Positions 26,051-38,220 of a DNA stretch of 64,000 nucleotides are shown here, piece after piece (the stretch's first letter is position 1; every line of letters starts with the position of its first letter). Origin of the DNA: Raillietiella orientalis (lineage: Eukaryota). A program made the position numbers and the translations under genes. The stretch spans positions 1,798,001-1,862,000 of the forward strand of contig JAYWIR010000003.1 in assembly GCA_036172245.1 (NCBI GenBank), read 5' to 3'. The notes beneath the pieces were generated by a model. It saw nothing but the letters and a program-made list of their open reading frames with translations, was not told where the DNA came from and did not search any database.

Positions 26051-28514
26051 CCGTATGCTTCCAGATTTGCATATTTTCATGCCGGTGTATATGGAGCGGC
26101 ATCAAAGAGCCATGCCCCATCTCCCCGGATTTCCTCTCTTTTTCGTTGTCTCTCCCACTCTCCCTCCCGTTCCGGACTTTCGGATATCCCGACCCGAGTG
26201 TCGGCAGACCCTCCCCCTGAACCTCCTTTGTCTTCGGTTGGGAACCAGCATGTTCCCGACTGGTTCCTTGTTAGGCAACAAGCGCCGTGGCGTGACCGGG
26301 TGAAAAGCTTCAGAAGAAAACTGAATCACTGACACAGGAGCAGACGATGAAAAAACGAATCCTCATGGAGCTAAGGCATCACGAAAACCATGCGTCATCG
26401 ACAGGAAAACGATGGAAATCCGGAGTAACAAAACTAACAGCTTCCTTCACTAGTGAATTCAATCTGAACAGGTCTGAAGAAACGAAATCCAGCAGACGCT
26501 GAAACTTCACACGACAAGGAGGGAAACTGGTCCTTGAAAAGTGCAAGTAAACATCTTCAGGCAACTCTTAATGAATAACCAGTAACGCCTGGGATGAGTT
26601 AAGAGGACGAAAGAGCATCCTGAATCTAAAAAACCGCTTATTCTCAAGAGCTTAAAGAAGCGCCATTCTGGAACATCGTGCCTCGAGAAGCAGACAAACG
26701 ACCCCACAATAGCATTCTTAAAATAAATGCTTGTACTCTGGATGGAGCGAATCTGCAGCCCTGAACAATCGCATCTTCTCAGGAGCTGCAAACTGGATAG
26801 CCACGATGTCGACCACAGCACCGGCAATCATCATAAAGACATGAACCATTCGAACGCAGGAACCACGAGGATAATCTCGAAAAAAGAGAACGCGCGTCAG
26901 AGAACCGACCATCAGACGAGAGAGTTCCAGAATCCAGTCCTGGAGATCGGGAATAAAGTAACCAAAGCAAGGAAAGAAGCTGCTCACCTGGATCCTCGGA
27001 ATTTCTCTCCAGAGTGGAAGCGAAGCATCTCGATAACGAATTCGAAGGGCAAAGATGGCTTAGAAGCTGGAGTGTTGATCTCTTCCACGAATGGAAATCC
27101 AACGCACAGAAACACGGAATTCGCTCTCCTAAGAAAAATCATAAGGACATGCAGGCAAAACCTGAATGTCCCCATAATCTATATATAACCCGCACCTCTC
27201 CAGTGGGAGATGCGCCTTTCGGCCCAGTTCTTCACGGAGCAGCCAGCTGACGTCTGCGAACAAACGGAGGCGATTAGGGAGAAACCCTCTGTCCCCGCGT
27301 TCAGGATTCCGAGATCGGGAAAGACGCTTTCGGTCCGCGGAAACTCGGAAGTTAATTTCGCCCTCCGTTCTCGGGGCATTCGTAGCTGCCAGGAGGAGAT
27401 TTTGAATTTCCTGCACAGTATCTGTCTACAAGAGTTTCCCGTGTGTGCCCTTCTGGAGTGATTGTGGCCATTAATGAGCGCAAGTGCTTCTAATAAAACA
27501 GTGTGGAGTGCTCAAGCAGCATCCCAATACAATAATATACAACATCATAGTGCCTAGATACATCGAAAAGCACGCAACAAACCATAATGTGGCTGCTGAT
27601 GCTGCTACTGACCATTAGGAATAGCGGCAATGCCAACTGGTGCCACAACGTTGACGCCACAACTAATCTCGTCTTTACTATTTTAGCGGTAATAACAGTA
27701 TAGTCAGAGGAGCTACCTAGAATCTACGATGTAACGGTAAATCATTCGTCACTCTACATCAGACGGATGCATATACGGCCAAGGGAGCTTCTTTGAGAAG
27801 CTGCTTGGGATGGGCGCTGCAGAGTGGATGAAATACGCGGGATGCGCACGAAAGACAGTGACGCACCGCACGTCAACATCCTCATTCGTGAAATGCCAAC
27901 ATTATGAGCGATCCTTAGATGATTTCAATCAGTTTGCAATCCACAAATGAAGCTGCAACGGCTGTCGGGCATTCTCTGTCCGTGACAGATGAGGGTTTAT
28001 GGAGACTGGGCACGCACACGTGCAGTCCACTAACAGCAACGAAGACGGTCAAAGAGAGAAGACGGTCTTCCTGTTCCTCTTCGAACTTCGATCCGGCACA
28101 GAGGACCGCAAGGTGCTGCAAGGGTTAGAAAACGACTTCCATGAACTGACCGATCGAAACAAACGTCAACGCGCCAGCAATTCTATTGTGATCATAGAAA
28201 GTTTATATTGCAAATGAACCAAAGCAGCTACAAAGAGGTTCGTGATCTCGAAAGAAAATCCAAGCACCCAGTCTCTGGTTTCTGGGCAGCATCACGTTTT
28301 GATATTTAGGAAGACATTTTCGACACAAAAGTAGGGTAGTCGTAACACGTTGCCGTCTTCGAGTAAGATGCAGGGAAGGCATCTCGACTGCACCGGTAGT
28401 AGCCGCTGTTCGTATGCGAAGCTTTTTTTGTGTTTTTTGGCACAGCAATCGGCACGTTTCATCGACTACAAAGATCAATCCATGGAAATTAAGACAAATA
28501 AGACGATGGGCGTT

Positions 28515-28755
28515 TCATTCTTTTGAGGTTTCCACAGTTCCTGAAGATGCGTCGTCACTGTTTTTCGATCGACAAGATTCTACGTCACTAGATGGAGAGA
28601 TCACTTGCTTTCTGGATGGGGTTGATTTGTTCTGTTTGTGGGGACAATCCATGATCAAGTGGCCCTCCGATTTGCATCCGTGGCATCTCTTAGGCTGCGG
28701 ACCGATCGTGCACTTGGCTGCCACGTGATTCGCAAACTCCCCACAATTGTAGCAT
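28515..28755 (-). CDS. lin-28: lin-28 terminal coding exon (two CCHC zinc knuckles, stop codon)
   Basis: ttttttag|A TGC TAC: (R)CYNCGEFANHVAAKC...PQPKRCHGCKSEGHLIMDCP. The phase-2 acceptor matches the donor at 37180. Confidence 0.95.
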
Positions 28756-31700
28756 CTAAAAAAGACATTCAGTTATTCGTTTGAACGGACACCATGGTCA
28801 CACAGCAGCACAGCTCCCTCCAAAAACTCTGTCTTGGAAAGGGAGGAAAACTGCCAGTGTCTGCAAATCACCACACCTAAGGAGGCAAGCACCGTCTCGT
28901 GGAGCACCTAACGACACGCGAGAAGCTGAGAGAACCGTGGCTAAACCGCGAAGACACGCAGCCTTGAGAGACATTCGCCTTTTTCTTTTCCCTCAAGGTG
29001 GAGCCTAGAGTCTTGGAGAGCGCTTCCGCATCGCTCTGAATCTGACCAAAATGTGGCCGAATGTCAGCTGCCAACATCAAGGCTTTTGCCGTAATGAAAT
29101 CCACACTCCTGCCAAACAGTGGGCATTATCAGCAGCATCAACAGGCGCCATCTCGCCATCAGCGACCTGTTAATCTTACGTGTTTTCCTCTAGCGCGGAG
29201 ATGAACGGCATCCTCCTGATTTCAAAAGTCAGGCCGCGCTTTGCGTAAGAATACAACGGAGTCCACGCGCGACGACGGCACATTTGATGGTTCTATCGCG
29301 TGTTGGACTTTGATTTCACGGGGAGCACACCGCGGGAATTTGTGGACGTGGCACCACTGCTTTCTAATCACCTGCCGAACCGAGAGACTTGTCTCACTGC
29401 CTATCGGTCAAATTGCGTGCCTCTGATCTGGGTTCCCTTTGAAAGAGGGAAGAGTTACCCGGAGGACTCTCGGCACAGCAGGCTGCACTGCAGCGGAAAG
29501 CGCTGCCGGGAAAGCGGTGCGCCACTTCCGAAAGAACGAACGCGCGCACACGTTACGCAGGTGACACACAAACCTGTCTACACGTTCTGTCAGCCGCTTC
29601 CTTCACGCTTCACCGAGGACCTCAAGATCAAAGCAGAAGGTGGGAATCCACCGACCTTCCGTGCTGGCGGCGGCAGGCGTGGACTGGACGGGAGGAATCC
29701 GGAATTCTCTCACGTACGAAATGTTCCGTCGTAAGAGATGAGCGCAAGCAGGCCCACCGAGGGACTCCTACGAATCGGGAGGGGGGGGGGGGGGGCACCG
29801 ACTTCGTTCTACTTCATTTAAACGATCAGCCCGGATGAATGGAAAGCGCCGAAGAACGCACGCGCTCGTGCAACCGTCGCTCGAACGCCGAGAGGACTTT
29901 GCGACGAAGAAATGCAACCTGCTGAAAATTTGCACACGTACTCAACAAAGAGGAAACTACACTATTGTTTGTTTGTTTGTTTGTTTTTTAATGCAGACAC
30001 GCACACATACACGGAGACGCACGACTTCTTGCTGGCATTGGAGCTAAGGCGGATGCATAGACCATTCGGAAGTGCATAACAGGAGAAGGAAAGCACTTGA
30101 AAGGAAATGCGGGGAGACTTTCCGCTGGTTTGCCCTCTTGCAGCCCCGTCCAGCACGGATTGCATCCCCTGATCCGTCCACCCGACGGAAGTGCTGCCGC
30201 GATACCCCAGAACAGCGCAGAGTGGGTCATGGGCCGAGACACGTCCAGGCAGAATGCCAAGGCGCAAACGCTTGCTCTGAATCGGCCTCCTAGTGGCTGC
30301 GGGCATTTCCGAAAAGAACCAAACCCTCTGGGCTCTGCTGCACGTGCAAGAGGGAGGACGAGTCACCTCCCAATGCTCAGAGCATCTCTCCGAGGTCCTG
30401 GAAGGACATTCCCGAAGGGAATAAAGGAGCCGGTTTCCTTGCGGGTTTCCTCCGGCGATGGGGCCGGTTGCGGAAGGAAGAACCGCCGTCCCCGTGAGCG
30501 GCGAGGTGGTCGCCAAGATGCTGCCGATCGTGAGCTACTCGACCGACGGCCACCAGGCAAATTGAGCATCCCTACGGCCTTCGACGGCCACACCGCGACC
30601 GTCAACACGAAGGACGAGCCGGTGACTTTCCAGCGCTCGAGCACCAGAGGCCCGCGGAAGAGGCGGGGTGTTCGTGGAGTCCTCCGCGGAAAAGATCGAC
30701 GGAAGGAGCCATTCGGGACCGTTCGAATTCATAGATTTGCACTGTTATGGATATGCTTCTGGAGACGCTTCCTTCTTTATTAATGCCATCTGCAAAATAC
30801 GAGGATGATGCCGACGTTATGAGGACCATCTGACAACTGAGTGGACGAAGGCGATAACAAACAATGTTATTAGAAGAGAAGGAAGGAAGAATATTGCATT
30901 GACAGCTTTATGGATGCTGCACACAGCTAGGACACGTCAAAAAAAAAAAAAAAATGCGAATGGCTTTAAGAACCTATGAAGAACCCCATGAGGAGTTTTT
31001 GGAACTTCAGATTGCCATTCATCGCTGCATCGAAAGAATTCAGGGAGTAACTTCAATGAAAGCGGTTTTTATCTATTACCAAAATCTGAGTGCTCTAAAC
31101 AACGGTATCTATTTCATCCATTTTTTTCCGAATGTAATTTTTATCTTCGTGCGTTCGAGGAAGAAAAAAAAAAAAAACTCAGAGCGAATCAAACCACCGC
31201 GCTCCCACCGTAGTTCACTCGCGCACCGACAGATGCTGCGCAGTCCGCCGGGAAAAAAAGACAGGCACGCAGATACGTACGCGGATACGATGCGTACGGT
31301 GGGGGTTGAAGTGCGTTGTCACTTCGGAGTCTGATCTGCACCATATTGCGCATGTAACCTACACGCTCACCTCCACTTCTGTGGAGTGATCTGTGTGTAT
31401 TGACCACTAAACAGAAATTGACCCCATTGCAAACTTTGCAATGTGCACACTGCGCAAGCTTTCTCTGGAAGAAACAATCTCGTGGTACTCCTCTGTTAAT
31501 CATTCATCAAGAAGAACGTGCACGGAAATACTACCATCATCATCATCATCATCATCATGAGAGAACATTAATAATGCATATGTACTGATGTATTGAAAAT
31601 TGCGAAGATTTTTTTTTAGAATGCTTCGTACTTAAATGCCATTCTCCTAAAAAGCAGTGCACACTCTTAAAAAATCATCGTACGGTACAAACTCTCGAAA

Positions 31701-32905
31701 AGTGAAAACACTGTCGTGCCTACGGATATGATTTACGCGCGAGCTTCGGGAGATGCAGATTCAATGATGCTCGCACAAAGACGCAGCGCTCACACAGGGA
31801 TGGCAGATGTGGGATACTTGACGAGGACAAGGGAGGCGAATCTTCCAGTTCGTTTTCGAGCGGTCTCTGTACAACACGCTTAATGGATAATGCACAAAGT
31901 TACGTATAAGCAATACACGCCCGGAAAGGTGACCCGCAATCGACCGTCCAGCGCGTGTCCACTTGGAACTTTCCGCAGATGCGAGGGAACGCACTGCATC
32001 GTGGCGCAGTCCTTGAAAGTCGTGAGTGAAAAATGAGACAGATGGGTCCATGGCATCACTGCGTTCCCTAGGAAGCGGCAGCTTCGCTGCTTAATGGGGT
32101 GGGGCATACATGACACACGGCGCGGCCGCAATCCGCTCAGTACTTGCTGCTGTGGGCGGCGGGTGGGCGTGATTCGCGGCACGGGTGAACTGCGAAACGC
32201 AGGAAGAGGTGGTTCGCGCGGGCGCGCGAAGGCCCTGTCGAAAGCCAACGAGGAAAAGCGGCATGGAGTCGTCGTCTTGCGGCCGTTTCGTCGACACCAA
32301 CGCTTCCTGCACCACCCCCGTGGCGCGTCACGGAACGCTCAAACCCTCCCTCCGTTCACCCAGTAGGCTGCGAGCACCACTGACCCGGCAGTAGCACGGC
32401 AGGTGTGACCGACTCCGGGACAGTCAAAAAAAAAAAACAGAAAGCACAGTCGACCTCCGTACAACACGGGGAACGCGATCCGCGCGTTATACGAGCCCTG
32501 TGGATAATCCATGCACGCATGCACGAAAGATAAAAAGTGTGCCTTAATCAGTAGAATATTTGTTATTTCACTCTGAAGCAAAGGGGGGGGGGGGGAAGCT
32601 AAAACGTGTCTGTCTGTTGTTTAACTCGAAGCAAAAAAAAAGCATTAAAAATTTTGCAGATGAAACAATCCTGCAGTTTCAGCCAACGTTGAAACGCGGA
32701 AATCCACGGAAAATCCACAAAAATCTCAGTAAATTCAGCCTGCTTAGATCATGCGTCGACATTCTTTCTAAAAACAGCTGACCCGGCACTGCACCGCAAA
32801 ATTCAAATTTACCCACAGCGCCGCTGCCGCGCCACGGGACTGACGGGGCCACACGGGTGGGATGACGCTTTTTCCGTCGCCGCGCTGTACGAACGGCCGA
32901 CCCGC

Positions 32906-33062
32906 GCCACACACAGGTCCGCCGCTCTGTACGAACCCGCGCCACACGCGAGTCCGCCGCTCTGTACGAACCCGCGCCACACGCGAGTCCGCCGCTCTGT
33001 ACGAACCCGCGCCACACGCGAGTCCGCCGCTCTGTACGAACCTGCGCCACACGCGAGTCCGC
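32906..33062 (+). repeat. 35-bp minisatellite, ~4.5 copies, in lin-28 intron 3
   Basis: Unit GCCACACGCGAGTCCGCCGCTCTGTACGAACCCGC at 32906, 32941, 32976, 33011 and a partial copy at 33046. Confidence 0.95.
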
Positions 33063-34989
33063 TGCGCTTGGGAAAACGCGTACGCTCGACGGACGCGGGG
33101 TCAAGAAAACAGCTGCCCGAAACTTACTGGTCAGTCCGTTGTCTTTATCAAGTACGAAAATACAGGTACGATTTACGGATATGTATATAACGGGCGCTTA
33201 AAACATCGCGACATTCGCAGCGGTGCAGATTCGCGTACTACGAAAGGCTCTGGCAGAACACCCCGAAAAAACGCGGTGCGCAAGGGAGCGTCCCCAAAAC
33301 ACGTCAGGGCGCGCCGAGTTGCGCCGATGGTGCAAAAGAGTCGGAGTTCCATTGGGGGAAGCTTCTGGAAACTCCCTTGGTCACGCGATCAACTCCGGTG
33401 GACAGCGCTGTGTCCACTAGTGGGGACGCGCGCGAGCGTTCCTTCCGTCTGCACCGAGAAGAAGGTTCAAGAAGTGCCCCAAGAGGAAGAAGCAGTCCCC
33501 CCCGGTTCCCGCCGAGCAGGGCGAACTCTTCCCGGGAGGCAGCGCGCAAACGCCACGCACATCACCCGCGCGTATCACGGGAGCTGCTGCACGACTCCGC
33601 TGCGCCCGCTCGCTCGCGGGGAAATCCCGACTCCCCCAACCAACTCTTGCGGATGGGCGGAAGGACCAGCGTTCCGCGTCGCGGACGCAACCCGAGACCG
33701 CCGACCCCGCCAACGGGGACGGGAATGCGTTTCCGGTGACGTTTCCAAGTACGCAGTAGCTAGCCTGCTCCCGGAGACGATCCGGGAGACGGTGGGCGGG
33801 AAGCCGTCCCTAAGCGAAGGCACCGCTCGCGTGCAGGGATCGATCACCCCCGATTCCACGCAGAACGGTCCGACTGTCCCACGAGAGGAGGGCGCGGACG
33901 AGTGTAGGGGATCACCCACTCCACGGGCTCCCCCCAGCGCTTTTTCCGGGCGCCCGTCCCAGCGGAGGCTTCTCAAGGCTGCAGGCAGCTTGCGGGACGC
34001 GAGGCGGAAGGGAAAGCTGCAGCCGAGAGAACGCGCGCGCGCGCCGAGGAGCGAAATGATTCGGGCAGCGGACGCATGGATCGGGTTGCCGGGCAACAAC
34101 CCACCACAACGCAGGTGCAACAGGAAGAGCAACGGCGATTCTTTCGAGGAAACGCTTGCTGGAGAGAGAACGATCGGTGGCGCGATCCTGGACACGAAAA
34201 CACACACAACACGCCCCATTTCGGGGGGTTCCAAGTTTTTTTTTTTTTTCCCCCTCCTGAATCATCTGCATCGCGGGAGGGAACACGTACCGAGGTTGTT
34301 TCCTCACGACTGCCCCTTATCTCTCGCTCCGGGCTTTAGAAGGGCTCATCTTTCTATTTATGCTCCTTTCAAGCAGCTCGTGTTCTCTACGGGAAGTCCG
34401 TCCCGCGCGTGCGCACAGGGCCTTCCCTCCTCGTTCACGGAATCCCTTCTCCTGACGTCAGAACGCATCTCCCGCCCGCCCACGTGCTCCCCGTCGGTGA
34501 CACCGGTTACGGAATCTACCACTGCCGACCTTGCGCTCCGGCTACGAGGTGGGAAGCTGCGAAGCAACGAGAATCAGCGCCATAAGCGCGTCCCGGAAAA
34601 TCACTTTCCCGCTGCACGAGCGGCGAGGCTGCGGGCGGCACTGCTCCCACGACCCACGACCTGCGGGCGAGGTGGCACACCCGACGGCCTTCGCAGGACA
34701 CGACGATCCGAACGCGAGGGAACTGACGTCGAGGAAGGTCATCGACCCCGCACGACCGGCGACGGGCGCGGCGACTCCGGGACGCGTTTCCTGCGGCCCC
34801 GCCCTGGGGAGTCGCCCCCTCCCGGGAATCGCAAGCGGCTGGTCCCTGGGTGCGCGAAAAGGCCTCGGCAGGCTACCACCCGGTCTCTGACGTCTCCAGC
34901 TCTTCGGGCGGAGGGGCGGCGCAGACCACCTCGCCCGCGCGTCTTCCGCGCGCGCGCGCACGCCCTCTCCCACGACCGGCAGGGAACGT

Positions 34990-36030
34990 TAATGTGTTGT
35001 TAATATGTGTATATCAAAGATTATAAACAAGGAATACACGTTTGTTATATATGTATTAGTATACAGATTAATATACAAAATAGCATACATATTTATTAAT
35101 ATTTATTAACATACATACATATTGCTATAATTAATAATGTCTATTAATATGTTATTAATACCTATGTATAGTAAATATGATGAAAACAAAATGTGCGTGT
35201 ATTATTTATATACATATATTAGTGTATATGTTTATATAGTCATGAATATACAAAATAGCTCTCATATTTATTAATATTTATCGAGATAATTACTAATGTG
35301 TATTAACATGCTATTAATATACGTACAATGAAGATTATAGAAAAGGAATATACGCTTATTATACATGTTAGTATACATATTTATGTATACATTAATATGA
35401 TGAATTTATGTATGTTTATGGATTACGAATATTATAAAAATATAAGTACATGTGCTCATTATGGATGTTTATACATGATTAACATGCAAACTTACTTTAA
35501 CGTACATATCTATTATTTCTTAGATTCTATCTTAAGATAGATATTATTCATATAATCAATGGTTTTAATATATATATTATATTTATAATATATGTATACA
35601 TATTATAAAAAAAGGAATGTACGTTTACTACATATATATTAGTGTACGTGCAATATGAAGACTGTAAAAAATAAATATAATTTTTTATCGTTTGATATTT
35701 GTATATTCATCTAATACGTATTAACTGTATATACACATGTACATTCACATACCCGTATATACACATTCACATATAATAGGCATACATATTTATTTGTTAT
35801 AATACATATATTAATAATACTTATCCATATGTATTCTTAATTATATTGATATGCATGCTCACATTATTCTATAAATAAATATGTACATTCACATACGTAA
35901 TAAGCACGTTATCTATTTACTGTAATCTTTAATATATATATATATATATATATATAGATGTTAATTGATGTATAATAATATACATACTATACTAAAGACA
36001 CGAATTTATTTATGACCTTTTGGTATTTGG
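34990..36030. repeat. AT-rich degenerate satellite island (~160-175 bp period) with (TA)n
   Basis: Recurring AAGGAATA(C/T)ACGTTT..TATATATGTATTAGT motif near 35025, 35185, 35341 and 35608. AATATACAAAATAGC...CATATTTATTAATATTTAT occurs at ~35070 and ~35245. Sharp boundaries against GC-rich flanks. Confidence 0.7.
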
Positions 36031-37179
36031 ACCGGCAGTGCGTGATCGTACACACCCATCATACGCCTGTGACACTCCTTGCATCTCCTCTCCTGGAAGA
36101 GCGGCTCCTCTGCGCTGCCCTTCGTTAATGTGCCGCCTCCTTGCGGGGCCTTCCGCAGCCCTTGAGGGGCGCGGCGGCCGCCCCCCGCTCCACACCCCTG
36201 CTCACCGCTCCGATGCGGGTCGGCCGCACCGCAACGTGCTGGCGAAGATTCGCCGGTTTCCCTCCAAGTGCCCCCTCCTCCACGCCCTTTCCGAAGGGCT
36301 CAGCAGCCACGCGCGCGCTCGCAGGGTTGGTCCCCTCCCCCCCTTCCCCCCCCCCCCTCAGCGGCCATCAGAGGCAGCAGCAGCTGCCTGCCACCTCTTC
36401 GCCGGTCGCCTTGGAAGCGGCAGCTGCACGCGGGCCCTGCCCGGAGCTGAGCTTTCGTTCGTCACCTGCTGTGTCCAGGGTTGCCAACATCCCGATCGTC
36501 CCCGCGTACGAGGCGGCGCCGAGCGGACGGTAGGGGCCAACTCGCCTCTCGGCGACGTCGACGGTCGACACCTCCCGTTTCGCAACTGACAAGGACCGCG
36601 GGACATTGGACGCGCCCCCCCGGCGCCCCCGTGCCCTGAACACCTCCCCGCCTTCGCGCCGCGTGCAACGGAGGGGACGGATCTCGGCATGGCAGGTGCC
36701 CTTGCCGTGAGCGACTCTCTTCCACGGATGAACGCGCGCGATGGGAGACGCGGGCCCGCCTGCTTGCAGCCTCCGGTTGCCGGGGAAACCAGCCAACCGA
36801 GGGTCTCGCGGACGTCGTCCGGGTTTCGGGAGCGACCTCGACCCGTGGCAGCGGCCGCCAGCGCGTAGTCGGTGCGGGGTGCCCGCCGGCGGCCAGGGTC
36901 CTTCCAGACGGATCGCTTGGTACGGAAGCTGCGGCTACCTGCATCCCCTGCGCCCGTGTGGCGGCGAGTCGGGGCGGGAAGAGGCCAGCGGTCGGCTCTG
37001 GACTTTGCTCTCTCCCAGAGCTGCACGGCTCGTTCACCTAACGTCGGCCACGCCCTCTGCCCGCGCGACGAAGCGCTCGGACGATCACACGGGCCTCCTC
37101 CTCCCTCCGCGGTCGGAAGTGACCGGCGAGGCGCGTCCACTTCCGGCGCCGCGGACACGGGCGGAAGCGCCCTCCTCAC

Positions 37180-37352
37180 CTGATCTTGCGAAATCTCTTC
37201 TTGGACAGGGGTCTTCTGTGGGAACCCTTGCAGTTCACGTTGTTGGGGCCGGTCACCCTGGTGGCCTCCAGGCCTTTGTCCGACTCCTTGCATTCGAATT
37301 CCACCTCTTCGTCGTCGCCCAGGCTACGGAAGCCGCTCATCTGGATGACACT
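37180..37352 (-). CDS. lin-28: lin-28 exon (cold-shock domain C-terminal half and linker)
   Basis: ttccag|SVIQMSGFRSLGDDEEVEFECKESDKGLEATRVTGPNNVNCKGSHRRPLSKKRFRKI(R)|gtgagg. Confidence 0.96.
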
Positions 37353-38068
37353 CTGGAAACGCAGCCCGGATGACAAAGGAGCGGCAGAACGGGACGCGGC
37401 CGGTCTGCCTTCCCTACAGACCTCGGGAGTCCGCTCTTGTCCCCTCCCTCCCTCTCCGACCCGGCGAGGGGGGCGTCGCGAGGCGACGGCGACACGGACC
37501 ACCGGCTCGAGCCAGTGCAGCCGGTGCGCTTCGGAGACCCTGGACGATGCTCAAGCGCGCACGGCCAGACTGCCCGGGGAACGACTTCTCCCACGCATCG
37601 CAGGGAGTTCCCCCTCCCCTCCCTTCTCTCTCCAGGTCTCCCAGCTCTGCGGGGAAGGCGCGGCTGCGAGCTTCCGGATGAAACTCTCTGGACCCGCGAT
37701 GTGGGACGGCTGGGGAGTCCCCCCGGGGTGGGGCAGGACGCGTCCTTCGAGAGCCTCCCGGTTCCCGACTGTCGTTCCATCTGCTCCTCCGCGGCTCATG
37801 GGACGGGGGTGGTAGAATCGGGGTGGGGGCACAGAGGTCAGAGGTCAGAAAGCGCTGAAACGGATACGGTAGTGTTGACGGTGGAGAAGGGAGGAGCCTG
37901 CGGTGTTGTCATGGTGACGGGGCAAAGCCAAGGTTTCCCTCTGCTTCCTTCGCTTTTTTCTCTTCCCTTCCCGGCCCCTTCCAGGGGCCTTCCCCGGGGA
38001 GAAGGGGGAAGAGTGGGTCCCCGTCCCTCGCCAGGCGCGCGCTCCCGGGGGCTCCTCCCGCGCCTCAC

Positions 38069-38220
38069 CTGGTGCACGAAGACCTCCTGGCCGCCGTCGT
38101 CCGGGGTGATGAAGCCCCACCCTTTGGCCACGTTGAACCACTTGCACCTGCCCTTCTTCCTGGTGGAGTGGCCCTGCGGCGCGCTTGCACCGACGGCGGT
38201 CTTCTGCGGGGGGGGTAGAC
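38069..38220 (-). CDS. lin-28: lin-28 exon (cold-shock domain N-terminal half, RNP1/RNP2)
   Basis: atcatag|...[31 protein letters not shown]|gtgagg; phase-1 acceptor, phase-0 donor. Confidence 0.95.

Noticed and set aside
32906..33062. 35-bp repeats as a CRISPR array
   Set aside because: The units are directly tandem with no unique spacers, the context is eukaryotic and there are no cas genes.
32862..35003. 713-aa ORF on the plus strand
   Set aside because: Low-complexity R/P/A/G-rich translation of GC-rich intronic DNA that includes a minisatellite. No domain, and antisense to the lin-28 intron.
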